From positions 64,001 through 128,000 of the IMG/VR virus record IMGVR_UViG_3300043411_001575: DNA of 64,000 bases. One strand, given 5' to 3'. The DNA comes from a virus. The notes beneath the pieces were generated by a model. The model saw only the letters and a program-made list of their open reading frames with translations. It searched no databases and was not told the origin of the DNA. The position numbers and the translations under genes were made by a program. Each line of letters opens with the position of its first letter. Within the stretch, counting starts at the first letter, position 1. Positions 19,223 to 29,602 of the stretch are shown here, piece after piece.

Positions 19223-19621
19223 ATGACTGAACTTTCAAAAAATGCCCAAGTGCCACAATGCGACAAAACCGCTGTTAGTGGCTGTGTTTTAGGATTACCT
19301 GAAATTGGAAAAACATATAATTGCTTTGATGATGGGAAAATAAGTAAAAGTAGAATGTATCAAGTTACAATAAGTGAAATAATCCCATTTGAAAAAGCCG
19401 ATAATGAATTGTTAGAATTATGGGAAGAAGAAGGATTACCGAGTTATTGGTTGTTTGAAAAAACAGATTATTTCATAAAATTTAAAAGTACAGAATTTAA
19501 AGACGAACCAAACGGAGTTTTTGCAAGAACTAAAAACGGTGGTTGGTTTGGTTTAGGGAACTATTGGAATAGTGGTAGATTAGATGTTGACGGCTCTTTA
19601 ACGCAAAGCTTGTCAACATAG
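19223..19621 (+). CDS. Cassette hypothetical protein
   Basis: Starts in the hairpin loop and fills unit 19274-19629. Confidence 0.65.
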   Translation: MTELSKNAQVPQCDKTAVSGCVLGLPEIGKTYNCFDDGKISKSRMYQVTISEIIPFEKADNELLELWEEEGLPSYWLFEKTDYFIKFKSTEFKDEPNGVFARTKNGGWFGLGNYWNSGRLDVDGSLTQSLST

Positions 19622-19850
19622 CCACTAACGGCATCCGTATAAGGGAAGTGCGAGGAACGAGCATTTACTTTATACGGTGTTAGCAAAGTGCGTTGGGCTG
19701 TGTGTTGGCTCGTTCCAAAACCATTTATTTTCTTTTTTTTGGGGAGGTTTTGAAAACTTTTTTACTAAAATACTTGCTAAATGACAATTTATATTTATCT
19801 TTGAACCATATTAACAATTAAAAAATAAAAACAATTAAAAAATAAAAACA

Positions 19851-20036
19851 ATGACAAAATTCGGAACAACAACTTGCCAATTTTACAACGGAACAGATTC
19901 AGTAACCGTAAATTCATCACTATTCAGAACCATTAGAGGTTGGGCTTCTACTGGTATTCCAAAAGATGCTATTAAAGGGGGAAGAAAGGTTTACGTTGCT
20001 AAAACAACTCTTGAACGCATTAAAAAAATTGCTTAA
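19851..20036 (+). CDS. Small cassette protein
   Basis: Lies between promoter and HTH gene. Confidence 0.6.
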   Translation: MTKFGTTTCQFYNGTDSVTVNSSLFRTIRGWASTGIPKDAIKGGRKVYVAKTTLERIKKIA

Positions 20037-20221
20037 TGAGAATTTCTGTAACTGATTATGCAAAACAGCTTGGTGTAACTCGTCAAGCTGTTTTGTTACA
20101 GATTAAAGAAAAAAGGTTGCCTAATAATGTTAAGTCTGAAAAAATTGGCAACACTTACTCTTTAACTGTGGGTGGGCAAAAAAAGAATAAAAATGCTTCC
20201 AATAAACTACAATCGAAGTAG
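20036..20221 (+). CDS. Small HTH regulator, copy 2
   Basis: SVTDYAKQLGVTRQAVLLQIKEKRLP. Confidence 0.8.
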   Translation: MRISVTDYAKQLGVTRQAVLLQIKEKRLPNNVKSEKIGNTYSLTVGGQKKNKNASNKLQSK

Positions 20222-20313
20222 TATCGTAGCAATGGGGCATAACGGTTTCGGGCTTGGCGAAGTGGCTGAACTCGAAGCTAAATAGGATTACTAAACTTTA
20301 AAATTAAAAACGA

Positions 20314-21135
20314 ATGTTAGATAGAATTACTGAACAGCCATTTTGCCAAACCCGTGTTATGTGCAGGGCGGTTGATAATCTTGAACTCCTTTTGTCGCAG
20401 CCTGATGAAAGTGTAGATTTGATTTATTGCGATATACTTTACGGAACAGGTAGAAATTTCAGTGAATATCAGGACTTGAAACCAATTAGAAGTGAGATTG
20501 AAAGCCACTACCTACCACGTTTTATCGAAATGAAACGAGTCTTAAAACAAAGCGGCACTATATACATTCATACGGGAGTAAACACTTCCCATTGGATTAG
20601 AAGTTTAATGGATGATGTTTTTGGGTATAATAATTTTCAAAATGAAATTATATGGTACTACAAAAATTCCGCATTGAAAGCTAAGTCAAATAAATTTAGG
20701 CAGAATACAGATACTATACTTTACTATGTAAAAGAAAAGGGTAAACATATTTGGAATGATGTTTACGAAAAGTGTAAACCTTATAAAAACTCAAAGCATA
20801 AATTTAATCCAATAACAAAAAAAGCTGAAAGGCAGAGAAATGAAAGTGGTAGAATTGAATACTTTATGGTAGATGAAAGGAAGTGCGATAACCTAATTCA
20901 GATAAATGCTTTAAATAGTAGTGAAAAGGTTGGTTACCCTACTCAAAAACCAAAGGAACTAATAAGCCGTTTTGTTTTAGCTTCTACGAATGAAGGGGAT
21001 GTAGTGGCTGATTATTATTTAGGTAGTGGCACAACCGCAGTAGTTTGTAAAGAACTAAACCGAAATTTTATAGGTTGCGACATTAATCCAAAGGCTATTG
21101 AAATAACAAATGCTCGTTTAGATGCAGTTTCGTAG
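20314..21135 (+). CDS. DNA methyltransferase, beta class, atypical DILY motif IV
   Basis: CDILY, NEIIWYY, YPTQKP, DYYLGSGTT. Confidence 0.85.
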   Translation: MLDRITEQPFCQTRVMCRAVDNLELLLSQPDESVDLIYCDILYGTGRNFSEYQDLKPIRSEIESHYLPRFIEMKRVLKQSGTIYIHTGVNTSHWIRSLMDDVFGYNNFQNEIIWYYKNSALKAKSNKFRQNTDTILYYVKEKGKHIWNDVYEKCKPYKNSKHKFNPITKKAERQRNESGRIEYFMVDERKCDNLIQINALNSSEKVGYPTQKPKELISRFVLASTNEGDVVADYYLGSGTTAVVCKELNRNFIGCDINPKAIEITNARLDAVS

Positions 21136-21412
21136 CCTTGCGCATAACGGTCGAGTATTGGCGAAGAAGCGGATTTATACCACCAAAGCCGATACGAAGC
21201 ACTACACTTGATTGACCTACAAATGTTCATACGAAGCACCGAAACCGCTTTTTTGCCAATACTTTGTTAGTGGCTGATGCGGATTTTTAGCACTCATTTT
21301 TAGTCAGTTAGAAAATATTTTGAAAATAGTTGAAAATAAATTTGGTTTGTATTGTTTTTGTATATACATTTGCATTACAATAATTAAGTAAAACAATTTA
21401 AAAACAAACAAA

Positions 21413-21820
21413 ATGGAAAAGCAAGTAAAAACAAACACATTGATAGCTGAATTTATGGGCTATGAAACTATCCCTTATAATGGAAACAAAAATGTTCCAA
21501 TTTATAATGGCAATAAGTATGCTAAAACAGTAGGTGAACAAAAAGCCTTATGGGGTGGATTAGATTTACAATTCACTGGAAGGTTTACGGAAAGAGTAAA
21601 CTACCCATTTGATACAGACTTTAATTATTTAATACCTGTTATTAAAAGAATAGAAGAGCAAGGGTATGTAGTAGCTATTAAAGGTATAAGCTACCAAGTT
21701 TATAAAGTTATGGATGAACAAAACCCTATTATAAGTTTAGTTTGTGGGGATTTATCTAAAAAAACAGAAATGACTTGTGATTTAGTTACATCGTTTATTG
21801 AACAACTTAATAATAACTAA
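21413..21820 (+). CDS. Cassette hypothetical phage protein
   Basis: NTLIAEFMG; promoter TACATTTG at 21365-21372. Confidence 0.65.
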   Translation: MEKQVKTNTLIAEFMGYETIPYNGNKNVPIYNGNKYAKTVGEQKALWGGLDLQFTGRFTERVNYPFDTDFNYLIPVIKRIEEQGYVVAIKGISYQVYKVMDEQNPIISLVCGDLSKKTEMTCDLVTSFIEQLNNN

Positions 21821-21822
21821 TT

Positions 21823-22038
21823 ATGACTATCAAAAAATTTGACTACTCGAAAAGCACGGAGGATATATTTTACAAAATAATTTATCCTATTTATGCAAAG
21901 GAATTTTTATATGGCAATAGCTATGAAAACTTTGCTTTTACTGTATCAGCCAACTTTATATTAAACGCTCCGCAATGGGAATACATTTTGGAACATTGGG
22001 AACAAAAGGAAAGCATTTTAACATACGAAACCAAGTAA
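21823..22038 (+). CDS. Cassette hypothetical protein
   Basis: Operon-packed ORF. Confidence 0.6.
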   Translation: MTIKKFDYSKSTEDIFYKIIYPIYAKEFLYGNSYENFAFTVSANFILNAPQWEYILEHWEQKESILTYETK

Positions 22039-22039
22039 T

Positions 22040-22207
22040 ATGGAAAAGAAAAAACGAGATATAAGCCTACCTAAAAGGTTTAATTCAGAAGATGTAAAGA
22101 AGTGGCAAGAACAAGCCAATTTAACAACTGGTGGTAATCTTACCCTATGGATGGAAAACGCTTTAAATAACGCTGTAAAGAAGCAGAATGTCAAATCGAA
22201 GCAGTAA
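22040..22207 (+). CDS. Putative ribbon-helix-helix regulator (55 aa, not in ORF track)
   Basis: ISLPKRFNSEDVKKWQEQA..NLTLWMENALN. Confidence 0.5.
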   Translation: MEKKKRDISLPKRFNSEDVKKWQEQANLTTGGNLTLWMENALNNAVKKQNVKSKQ

Positions 22208-22422
22208 TGTAGCATTTGCCACTAACGGTTTGGTGTATGAGAAGGTTTGCTTAACTGAACTTTCAAATTACCACTAAACTTTATAACAAACTTTCTTATA
22301 CACCTTGTTATACACAGTACGGTTTATTAAGGTAAAATGTTAATACGAAGAACAGATAAAAACTTTTTAAAAATGTGCGATGGAAAAATTAATTTCAAAT
22401 ATTTATATATAAAGATAAAACT

Positions 22423-22728
22423 ATGAGCAAAGAAATGAGAAAATACATAGACACATTCAAAGGTAGAATGTTAAAAGAAAATGTTGAAGTTAATCAACAG
22501 AAATCAATTCAACATATCATCAATAATGAAATAGTTGATAGATTTGATACTGGCAATGTTTCAATTACAACTGCTATTGAAGCAGTTAAAATAGCATATC
22601 AAGAAATTATTGATATGATTGAATTGAACTTTGAAACTGCTGGTGAATTAGGTGGTGGAATAACAGAAGCACAATCTATAATTAACAGAATTGAAGAATT
22701 TAAAAAAAGAGCGAAGGAGAATTTTTAA
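22423..22728 (+). CDS. Cassette hypothetical protein
   Basis: Fills unit 22307-22781. Confidence 0.65.
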   Translation: MSKEMRKYIDTFKGRMLKENVEVNQQKSIQHIINNEIVDRFDTGNVSITTAIEAVKIAYQEIIDMIELNFETAGELGGGITEAQSIINRIEEFKKRAKENF

Positions 22729-22851
22729 AAGGTTTTTACACAGAACTATGATTGAAACATGAATGTAGTATTGTGTATAACGGTTTTGGGCTTGGCGAAG
22801 TGGCTGAACCCGATGCTAAATAGAATTACTAAACTTTAAAATTAAAAACGA

Positions 22852-23619
22852 ATGATTGATAGAATTACCGAACAGCCATTTTGCCAAACCCGTGTTAGTG
22901 GCAGTACTTTTGTGAACGCTGATTGCTTTGATGTTTTTCCTTTTATTGAGGATAAATCAATAGATGCTATTATTTGCGACCTGCCTTATGGAACGACTAT
23001 TTTGAATTGGGATAAAATTTTACCTATTACAGAATTATGGAAACATTATAATCGTATTTTAAAAGATAATGGAGTGGTAGTTTTGTTTGGTGCTGAACCA
23101 TTTTCGACTATGTTAAGAAGTAGTAATATTTTGAATTATAAATATGATTGGATTTGGCAAAAAACAAGACCTTCATTATTCCAACACGCAAACAAAAGAC
23201 CAATGAAAGACCACGAAAATATTATGGTATTTTATAAAAAGCAGCCGACTTACAACCAAGAACTAAAAGAACTTGAAAAGCCAAATAAAAGATGGCGAAA
23301 AAATAAAATGGGTGCTTTTTTAGAAAATGGTTGCAATGATATTGAAAGCAAACAAACCAAGACAGGATTTAATAGGCAAATTTTAACCTATGCAATGCAC
23401 AATGTAGGAATGGAACATAAAACACAAAAGCCGATTGAACTTTTGGAATACCTTGTAAAAACATACACCAACGAAAACGATATGGTTTTAGACAATACAA
23501 TGGGTTCTGGAACAACAAATTTGGCTTGTATCAAATTAAATCGCAAGTCAATAGGAATAGAAAAGGAAAAACAATATTACGATGTCGCTGTTCGGCGTGC
23601 TTTGGAGTATTGCCACTAA
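22852..23619 (+). CDS. DNA methyltransferase, beta class
   Basis: CDLPY, HKTQKP, LDNTMGSGTT. Confidence 0.9.
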   Translation: MIDRITEQPFCQTRVSGSTFVNADCFDVFPFIEDKSIDAIICDLPYGTTILNWDKILPITELWKHYNRILKDNGVVVLFGAEPFSTMLRSSNILNYKYDWIWQKTRPSLFQHANKRPMKDHENIMVFYKKQPTYNQELKELEKPNKRWRKNKMGAFLENGCNDIESKQTKTGFNRQILTYAMHNVGMEHKTQKPIELLEYLVKTYTNENDMVLDNTMGSGTTNLACIKLNRKSIGIEKEKQYYDVAVRRALEYCH

Positions 23620-23723
23620 CGGTGTGGGCTATGAGAAGTAAAACCCCTTTTTGTGCGGTGGATTTTGTAAATTTGTAATTATTAACTAAAACCTTTCGGA
23701 GTATAGGCAACCGAGTAAATGTT

Positions 23724-23954
23724 ATGGCAAAAAAATATCTTATCAAATCGTGGAAAACAAATTCTGCATTTACAAAAACAGGAAAGTTTTATCAAAAACC
23801 ATTGGAAACAGATAGTAAATCAGAAGCTAATGAAATAGCCAAAGATTTGATTAAAAAACACAAAGTATATGCTGTTGAAATAGCAGTTTTTGATGAAAAA
23901 GCTAATGGATATACAAGAGCCGAATTGATTGGCAACTTTCCAAACAAAAAGTAG
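23724..23954 (+). CDS. Small protein carried in a hairpin loop
   Basis: Inside hairpin 23621-23998 with its own TAAATTTG element. Confidence 0.65.
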   Translation: MAKKYLIKSWKTNSAFTKTGKFYQKPLETDSKSEANEIAKDLIKKHKVYAVEIAVFDEKANGYTRAELIGNFPNKK

Positions 23955-24129
23955 TTTTTACAGGTGCTGTGGCAGGGGTTTTATTTCTTATAGCCCCTGT
24001 TATGGCATCGTTTTAATGTGCCATAACGGCTCTAATAAACACAGTGCAGCGACCTACTGCACTTTAATAGCAGACGAAACGCCAACTCGCTGCATTGGGT
24101 TTATTTATTGTTGGCAAATTCGTTCATAA

Positions 24130-24312
24130 ATGGAATTAACAGTAAAACAGATTCAAGAAAAGCAAAAGCAGCTTAAACGAGAGCTGCGTGACAAACTCAA
24201 CCAATTTGAGCAAGAAACAGGATTGAAAGTAACGGGCGAAATTCATTATGGATATACAGAAGAAAAAGACCAACATTGGTTGAGTTTAAAGTACTCGAAC
24301 CCATTTATGTAA
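24130..24312 (+). CDS. Small cassette protein
   Basis: Fills unit 24110-24323. Confidence 0.6.
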   Translation: MELTVKQIQEKQKQLKRELRDKLNQFEQETGLKVTGEIHYGYTEEKDQHWLSLKYSNPFM

Positions 24313-24374
24313 TGTTTGCCAACGGTTGAGGCTAACCGCACGTAGCGGAATTTGAAACACTTAATTATCAAAAT

Positions 24375-24677
24375 ATGACAGACTTAAATACAAGCACCGA
24401 AGTAACGCAACCCACTGAACCCGCTATTGCGGTTGAGCCTGTGTTAGCACCAGTATTTGTTTATGAATTTCTTTATAATTCTGATTGTTGCGAAGGTGCA
24501 GCATCAACTGTAAGCATTCACAAAACAAAGAAAGGTGCTGAAATGGCAATGGAGTTTCATAAAAACGAAAAACTAAAAGAGTGGGAAAAAGAATGCAAAG
24601 AATATCCACCTACAAAAGAATATCCGTTTGATTTTGACCAATGGTGGGGAGTTCGTGAATGCGAGTTGCTTCCTTAA
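24375..24677 (+). CDS. Cassette hypothetical protein
   Basis: Starts in the hairpin loop. Confidence 0.65.
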   Translation: MTDLNTSTEVTQPTEPAIAVEPVLAPVFVYEFLYNSDCCEGAASTVSIHKTKKGAEMAMEFHKNEKLKEWEKECKEYPPTKEYPFDFDQWWGVRECELLP

Positions 24678-24903
24678 TATTGGTGCTAACGTTTACGGCT
24701 ATATTCTCGTGCCGTTTTTCACGGCATGGAATTATAGCCGATGTTATGCAAGTGCGTTGGCTTGTGGGTGGCACGTTTCAAAACTCTTTTTCTTATTTTT
24801 TTTAGAGAGGGATTTTTTTATTTTCTTTATTACTTGCTAATTGACAATTTATGTTTATCTTTGTAGCAGATAATTAATACTAACAATTTAAAATCAAAAC
24901 AAA

Positions 24904-25188
24904 ATGAGCAAAGCAGGATTAACAAAATTTTTAGCAAAGTTCCCAGATGACACTAAAAGCTGGGCTAAAGCAACAGATGAAGTTCGTGATATTGCACGAA
25001 CAGCAAAAGAATATTACAATGAAATAGAAGGCAAAGATATTCAACCTTGCGATTTCCGTTCAATGAAAACGCCTTCCGAATGGAACACAAAAGGTAAAAG
25101 CTACATTTTTAAAGTGTATGATAAAATGAGTGCAAAAACAAAAACAGAGTTTAACGGCTATTTGAAAAGCCACTTTAATATTAAATAA
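24904..25188 (+). CDS. Small cassette protein
   Basis: Lies between promoter and HTH gene. Confidence 0.65.
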   Translation: MSKAGLTKFLAKFPDDTKSWAKATDEVRDIARTAKEYYNEIEGKDIQPCDFRSMKTPSEWNTKGKSYIFKVYDKMSAKTKTEFNGYLKSHFNIK

Positions 25189-25189
25189 A

Positions 25190-25348
25190 ATGGAGCAACT
25201 ATCTGTAACCGATTATGCAAAATTGCTTGGCGTAACTCGTCAGGCGATTTTGTTACAGATTAAAGAAAAAAGGTTGCCGAAAAATGTTACAGCAAAAAAA
25301 ATCGGGAACACTTATCTACTATCTGTGCGTAGGCAAAAAAGAAAATAA
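25190..25348 (+). CDS. Small HTH regulator, copy 3
   Basis: MEQLSVTDYAKLLGVTRQAILLQIKEKRLP. Confidence 0.8.
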   Translation: MEQLSVTDYAKLLGVTRQAILLQIKEKRLPKNVTAKKIGNTYLLSVRRQKRK

Positions 25349-25474
25349 ATGGTTTTGGAATGTTTGCTAACGGTGTGGGCTATGAGAAGTAAAACCCCTT
25401 TTTGTGCGGTGGATTTTGTAAATTTGTAATTATTAACTAAAACCTTTCGGAGTATAGGAAACCGAAATAAAGTT

Positions 25475-25720
25475 ATGGCAAAATCAGTAGCAATTTTTCA
25501 AGAAAAATCATCTAAAACAGGAAGTTTTATTGGTGATAAAATTTATTATTACAAAACAAAAAATCCTAATTGGTGGTTTGTTTCAGTTGGCAAAGCATAT
25601 TTAGGGACTGTGCCTGAATACGGAAGCGGAACAGGGCAATTTAAAAACAAGAAACAATACCCGACTATTGCTTCATTGGAAAAATACCACAAAGAAGATA
25701 ATATTCACAGAGTAGATTAA
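25475..25720 (+). CDS. Small cassette protein
   Basis: Same leader as the ORF at 23724. Confidence 0.65.
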   Translation: MAKSVAIFQEKSSKTGSFIGDKIYYYKTKNPNWWFVSVGKAYLGTVPEYGSGTGQFKNKKQYPTIASLEKYHKEDNIHRVD

Positions 25721-25730
25721 TGTTATTTAT

Positions 25731-25765
25731 GTAGTGGCTATGCCTTATTGTAGCCACTACTTTTT
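25731..25765 (+). terminator. Intrinsic terminator
   Basis: GTAGTGGCTA/TAGCCACTAC stem plus TTTTT. Confidence 0.6.
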
Positions 25766-25996
25766 AATCTTTTCACAGTTTTGAAAAAACTGAAAGAGTG
25801 CGTGGGCTTTTTCTTTTTTAATAATTTAATTGCCACTAACGTTGAAGGGCTTGGCGAAGGTGGGCTTGTAGGATGCTCAATTTTAGCAGAATGTTTCTGC
25901 CCACTTTTGCCAAACCCGTGTTATATGAAGTGCCGACTTATTTACGTTGAAGCCAAATTGGAACACTAAACAGAAAAACAAAAAGAAAAAAAAGGG

Positions 25997-26809
25997 ATGG
26001 AATTAAATAAAATACATTTAGGAGATTGTTTAGAAGTAATGAAAACTTTGCCAAATGAAAGCATTGATTGTATTGTTACTTCACCGCCATATTGGTTACA
26101 AAGAGATTACGGATGGGATGGACAATGGGGTATGGAAGAAACGTTTTATGAGTATTTGGATAAATTGTTTTTAATGATGGATGAAGCAAAACGAATATTG
26201 AAAAACGATGGAACTATTTTTGTAAATATTGGCGATGGCTATGCAAGAACAGGTGGAAAATCATTAGGTAAAAAACAACCAAACGCTTTATTGTATGCAA
26301 CACAAGAAGGGATAAGGGGCGGAAATAACAAGGGAGTTGCAGGAATACAAGATAAAACATTACTACAAATACCATATCGTTTTTCTATTGGCTGTATTGA
26401 TAGAGGATGGATTTTGCGAAACAATATAATTTGGTTTAAAAGAAACGCAATGCCCGAAAGTGTAAAGGACAGATTTACAAAATCACACGAAGTAATATTT
26501 ATGTTTTCTAAAAACAAAGAATACTTTTTTGACGAAAAATTTGTAACACAAGATGTTTGGGATATTCCTTTAACTCCTAACGGCACAAAACATATAGCAT
26601 CTTACAATACTGATTTAATTGGCAGACCTATTGTTTGCGGTTGCAGAAAGGGTGGAATAGTATTAGATATGTTTTGCGGAGCAGGAACAACAGGAATAAG
26701 AGCATTAGAACTTGGGAGAAACTTTATAGGGATAGATGGTAAAAAGGAATACGTTGATATGGCACAACAAAGAATTAATGATATTGTATCACAACCACAA
26801 TTATTTTAA
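25997..26809 (+). CDS. DNA methyltransferase, beta class (SPPY)
   Basis: TSPPY, LDMFCGAGTT. Confidence 0.9.
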   Translation: MELNKIHLGDCLEVMKTLPNESIDCIVTSPPYWLQRDYGWDGQWGMEETFYEYLDKLFLMMDEAKRILKNDGTIFVNIGDGYARTGGKSLGKKQPNALLYATQEGIRGGNNKGVAGIQDKTLLQIPYRFSIGCIDRGWILRNNIIWFKRNAMPESVKDRFTKSHEVIFMFSKNKEYFFDEKFVTQDVWDIPLTPNGTKHIASYNTDLIGRPIVCGCRKGGIVLDMFCGAGTTGIRALELGRNFIGIDGKKEYVDMAQQRINDIVSQPQLF

Positions 26810-27059
26810 AAGTGCGGTGGCTTTTTTCTTTTTGTTTTTCCTTCACGGAACTTCAATTGGAAACGGTCAGCAAGGCATTTCATATAACGACCGTGTGTTT
26901 ATGTCAGGTTTTGCTTTTCGCAAAACTTGCATTAAACACAATGTTAGCAAAGTGCGTTGGCTTGTGGGTGGCTCGTTGTATTTAATAAAAAAGAAAAAAA
27001 GGAAGGCGTGTGTTGGCTATTTTAATTTGTAAATTTGTATAAACATAAATCATATAAAA

Positions 27060-27896
27060 ATGAGTAGATATAATAATAGTGGAGATATTGAAGAAGTTTT
27101 ACCGAAAGAGGTATTACAGAAAATAAAAGACAAATTCAAAGCAAAGAGTTTTAAAAAACTTGGTTCAGGTAGATATGGAAGTGCTTTTAAAATAAGTCCA
27201 AAAAAGGTTTTGAAAATCACAAAAGATTTGAAAGAGTATGAATATGCTAAAAAAATTGAAGGACTGAAAAATAAACATATTGCTGATGTTTATGAAACAT
27301 ATCACTTTGAATATGGCGACACAAAGTATGCTGTAATAATTAAAGAATATTGCAATATTGGAGAAGCATATTTTGATAAACTAATAGATAGTTTTGCTGA
27401 ATACACGGGAAACGAAATGTCATTATCATTTGTTTCATCTGAATTTTTGCACGGAGATTTATCAAAGGCGGTTTTTGATAACTACTTTAAAAAGTATAAG
27501 CAAAATCAAGGTTACGCAACAGGATTTGCAGATGATTGGCAAGAAATGATAATGGAATTAAAGAACAAAAAAATCTATGTTAAAGATTTTAACGGTGCTA
27601 ATATTGGAACGAAGCCGAGTAATAATAACATCTGCATCATTGAACTTGGATTAGGTTATTGGGAAACCATAAAATTACCTGATGCAGACAAAATAATATT
27701 AAAGGAAGGTGGAACTATAATTGGAAATTTTGAACCGCTTGGCTCTGCAAAAGAATTAGGAATTAAACCGAAGATTGAGGGACACGATATGATTGCCATT
27801 TGTGATTGTGGAGAAAAATTTAGTTACCAAAACTCAAAGAAGAATATTGTTTGGGAATGTCCTGAATGTAAAAGAAGAAATAAGATTGTAGAATGA
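27060..27896 (+). CDS. Protein-kinase-like protein with C-terminal Zn ribbon
   Basis: LGSGRYGSAF, VLKIT, DFNGANIG; CDCG..CPEC. Confidence 0.65.
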   Translation: MSRYNNSGDIEEVLPKEVLQKIKDKFKAKSFKKLGSGRYGSAFKISPKKVLKITKDLKEYEYAKKIEGLKNKHIADVYETYHFEYGDTKYAVIIKEYCNIGEAYFDKLIDSFAEYTGNEMSLSFVSSEFLHGDLSKAVFDNYFKKYKQNQGYATGFADDWQEMIMELKNKKIYVKDFNGANIGTKPSNNNICIIELGLGYWETIKLPDADKIILKEGGTIIGNFEPLGSAKELGIKPKIEGHDMIAICDCGEKFSYQNSKKNIVWECPECKRRNKIVE

Positions 27897-28063
27897 TTTT
27901 AAACCTTTTCACAATTTTGAAAAAATTGAAGGGAGCGTGGGCTTTTTCTTTTTTATTAAATACAATGTTTGCTAACGCATATCGGCTAAACGCAGTATTT
28001 AAAAACTTTTGCGAGGGAAATTCGTAAATTTGACAATTATAAACAATTAAAAAACAAAACAAA

Positions 28064-28240
28064 ATGGCAACAGAAAAAAAGTATGCGGTTTTCGCTACAT
28101 TCAAAACAACAGGTAGAGAAAGTGAAATGACACTACCTATGACAAAAAAAGAAGCTGAAAAGGCTTTATCTGCTTTAAAGGAAAAATCAGCCGAGTTCAA
28201 AAAATTGAACTTTAAAGGATTTAAGATAAAGGCAGTTTAA
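28064..28240 (+). CDS. Small protein carried in a hairpin loop (58 aa, not in ORF track)
   Basis: MATEKKYAVF...KIKAV* inside 27977-28292. Confidence 0.6.
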   Translation: MATEKKYAVFATFKTTGRESEMTLPMTKKEAEKALSALKEKSAEFKKLNFKGFKIKAV

Positions 28241-28540
28241 TTATCTCATTAGTGCGGTGGGAAAGTTTTTAAATATTGTCGTTTTAGCCGTTGTTATGCG
28301 AAGGTGTGGCAATTCCAAAATTTCAAATTATAGACAAAACTTTCTTGCCACACTTTTGCATAACGTTCCGAGTATTGGAGCAGTGCGGATTTAAACCACA
28401 AATGTTGATATAAAAAATGAAACTTAAATAAACCGATAACCTTTATTAGAAGCACTAAACCCGCATTGCTTACAATACTGTGTTATAGGGAGTGTTTTTA
28501 AAATTTTAGCGGGGATAATTACTAAATTTACAATAAAAAA

Positions 28541-28930
28541 ATGTCAGCAAAATCATATCAAGCACCTGCCAATAAAAAAGTTTATAGAGCAGAAAAAAAA
28601 GGAGTAAAAGGAAACTGGTTTGCATTAAGTAAAGATGATGCAATAGGTTACGGAAATTTTGGTTACAAAATTGTTTCAAAATCAATAGGAGGCAAGAAGT
28701 TTTTATATGCTTCTGAATTAGAAGATGGCGGAACTTATTTTGATACCATAATCAAAAAATTCCCTAAACTTTTCAAAATAAATAAAGGTATTTTATGGAA
28801 TGACTATGAATTGAAAGTATCTCCAAGTGAACTATGGAGAGAGTGTGAAGCATTTTTAAAAAAAGAAGGTTATTCTGGAATATTTACAGGGAAGAAACTT
28901 TCTATTGATTATGAACTTTTTTTGTTTTAG
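28541..28930 (+). CDS. Cassette protein, possible ADP-ribosyltransferase-like fold
   Basis: KVYRA, WFA..DAIGY, LKKEGYSGI. Confidence 0.4.
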   Translation: MSAKSYQAPANKKVYRAEKKGVKGNWFALSKDDAIGYGNFGYKIVSKSIGGKKFLYASELEDGGTYFDTIIKKFPKLFKINKGILWNDYELKVSPSELWRECEAFLKKEGYSGIFTGKKLSIDYELFLF

Positions 28931-29057
28931 GTGCGTGGGAAAAATTTTAAAAACATTTGCTATAACGTATATCGGCTAAATGCAGTATTTAAAAACTTTT
29001 GCGTGGGAATTTAATTCGTAAATTTGATAATTATAAACCAATAAAAAACAAAATAAA

Positions 29058-29249
29058 ATGGCACAAACAAAAAAAGAGAAACGAGTAATTGCAAGAGCAA
29101 GATACATCGTTGAAGTATTCGCAAAAAGTCATTATGATTCAAGAGATTTGTTTAAGAAAATGACTAAAGAAGAAAAGAAAATAACCATTGATTACATCGA
29201 GAGAATTGGCGAAAGTGCCGTTAGTAGGTATTTATATCAATGGTATTAA
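29058..29249 (+). CDS. Small protein carried in a hairpin loop
   Basis: Inside 28967-29299. Confidence 0.6.
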   Translation: MAQTKKEKRVIARARYIVEVFAKSHYDSRDLFKKMTKEEKKITIDYIERIGESAVSRYLYQWY

Positions 29250-29602
29250 TTCTCTCATTAGTGCGGTGGGAAAGTTTTTAAATATTGAGTTTAGCCGTTG
29301 TTATGCGAAGGTGTGGCAACTGCAAAATTTCAAATTATAGACAAAACTTTCTTGCCACACTTTTGCATAACGTTTTGCAGCTAAACGCTGATTTTGTTCT
29401 TCACAAAATTTGCGATTTAGGTGCTGTTACCTGCTGATGCGGTTTCATAGTACAAATGCTGATTTGGAACATAAAACTAAGGGTTTAATTTTTTTCTTTT
29501 TTTTAGTGGAGGAAAACTTTTTCTTTTTTACTTGCTAATTGACAATTTATGTTTATCTTTGTAGCATATAATTTAACAATAACAATTTAAAACAAAAACA
29601 AA

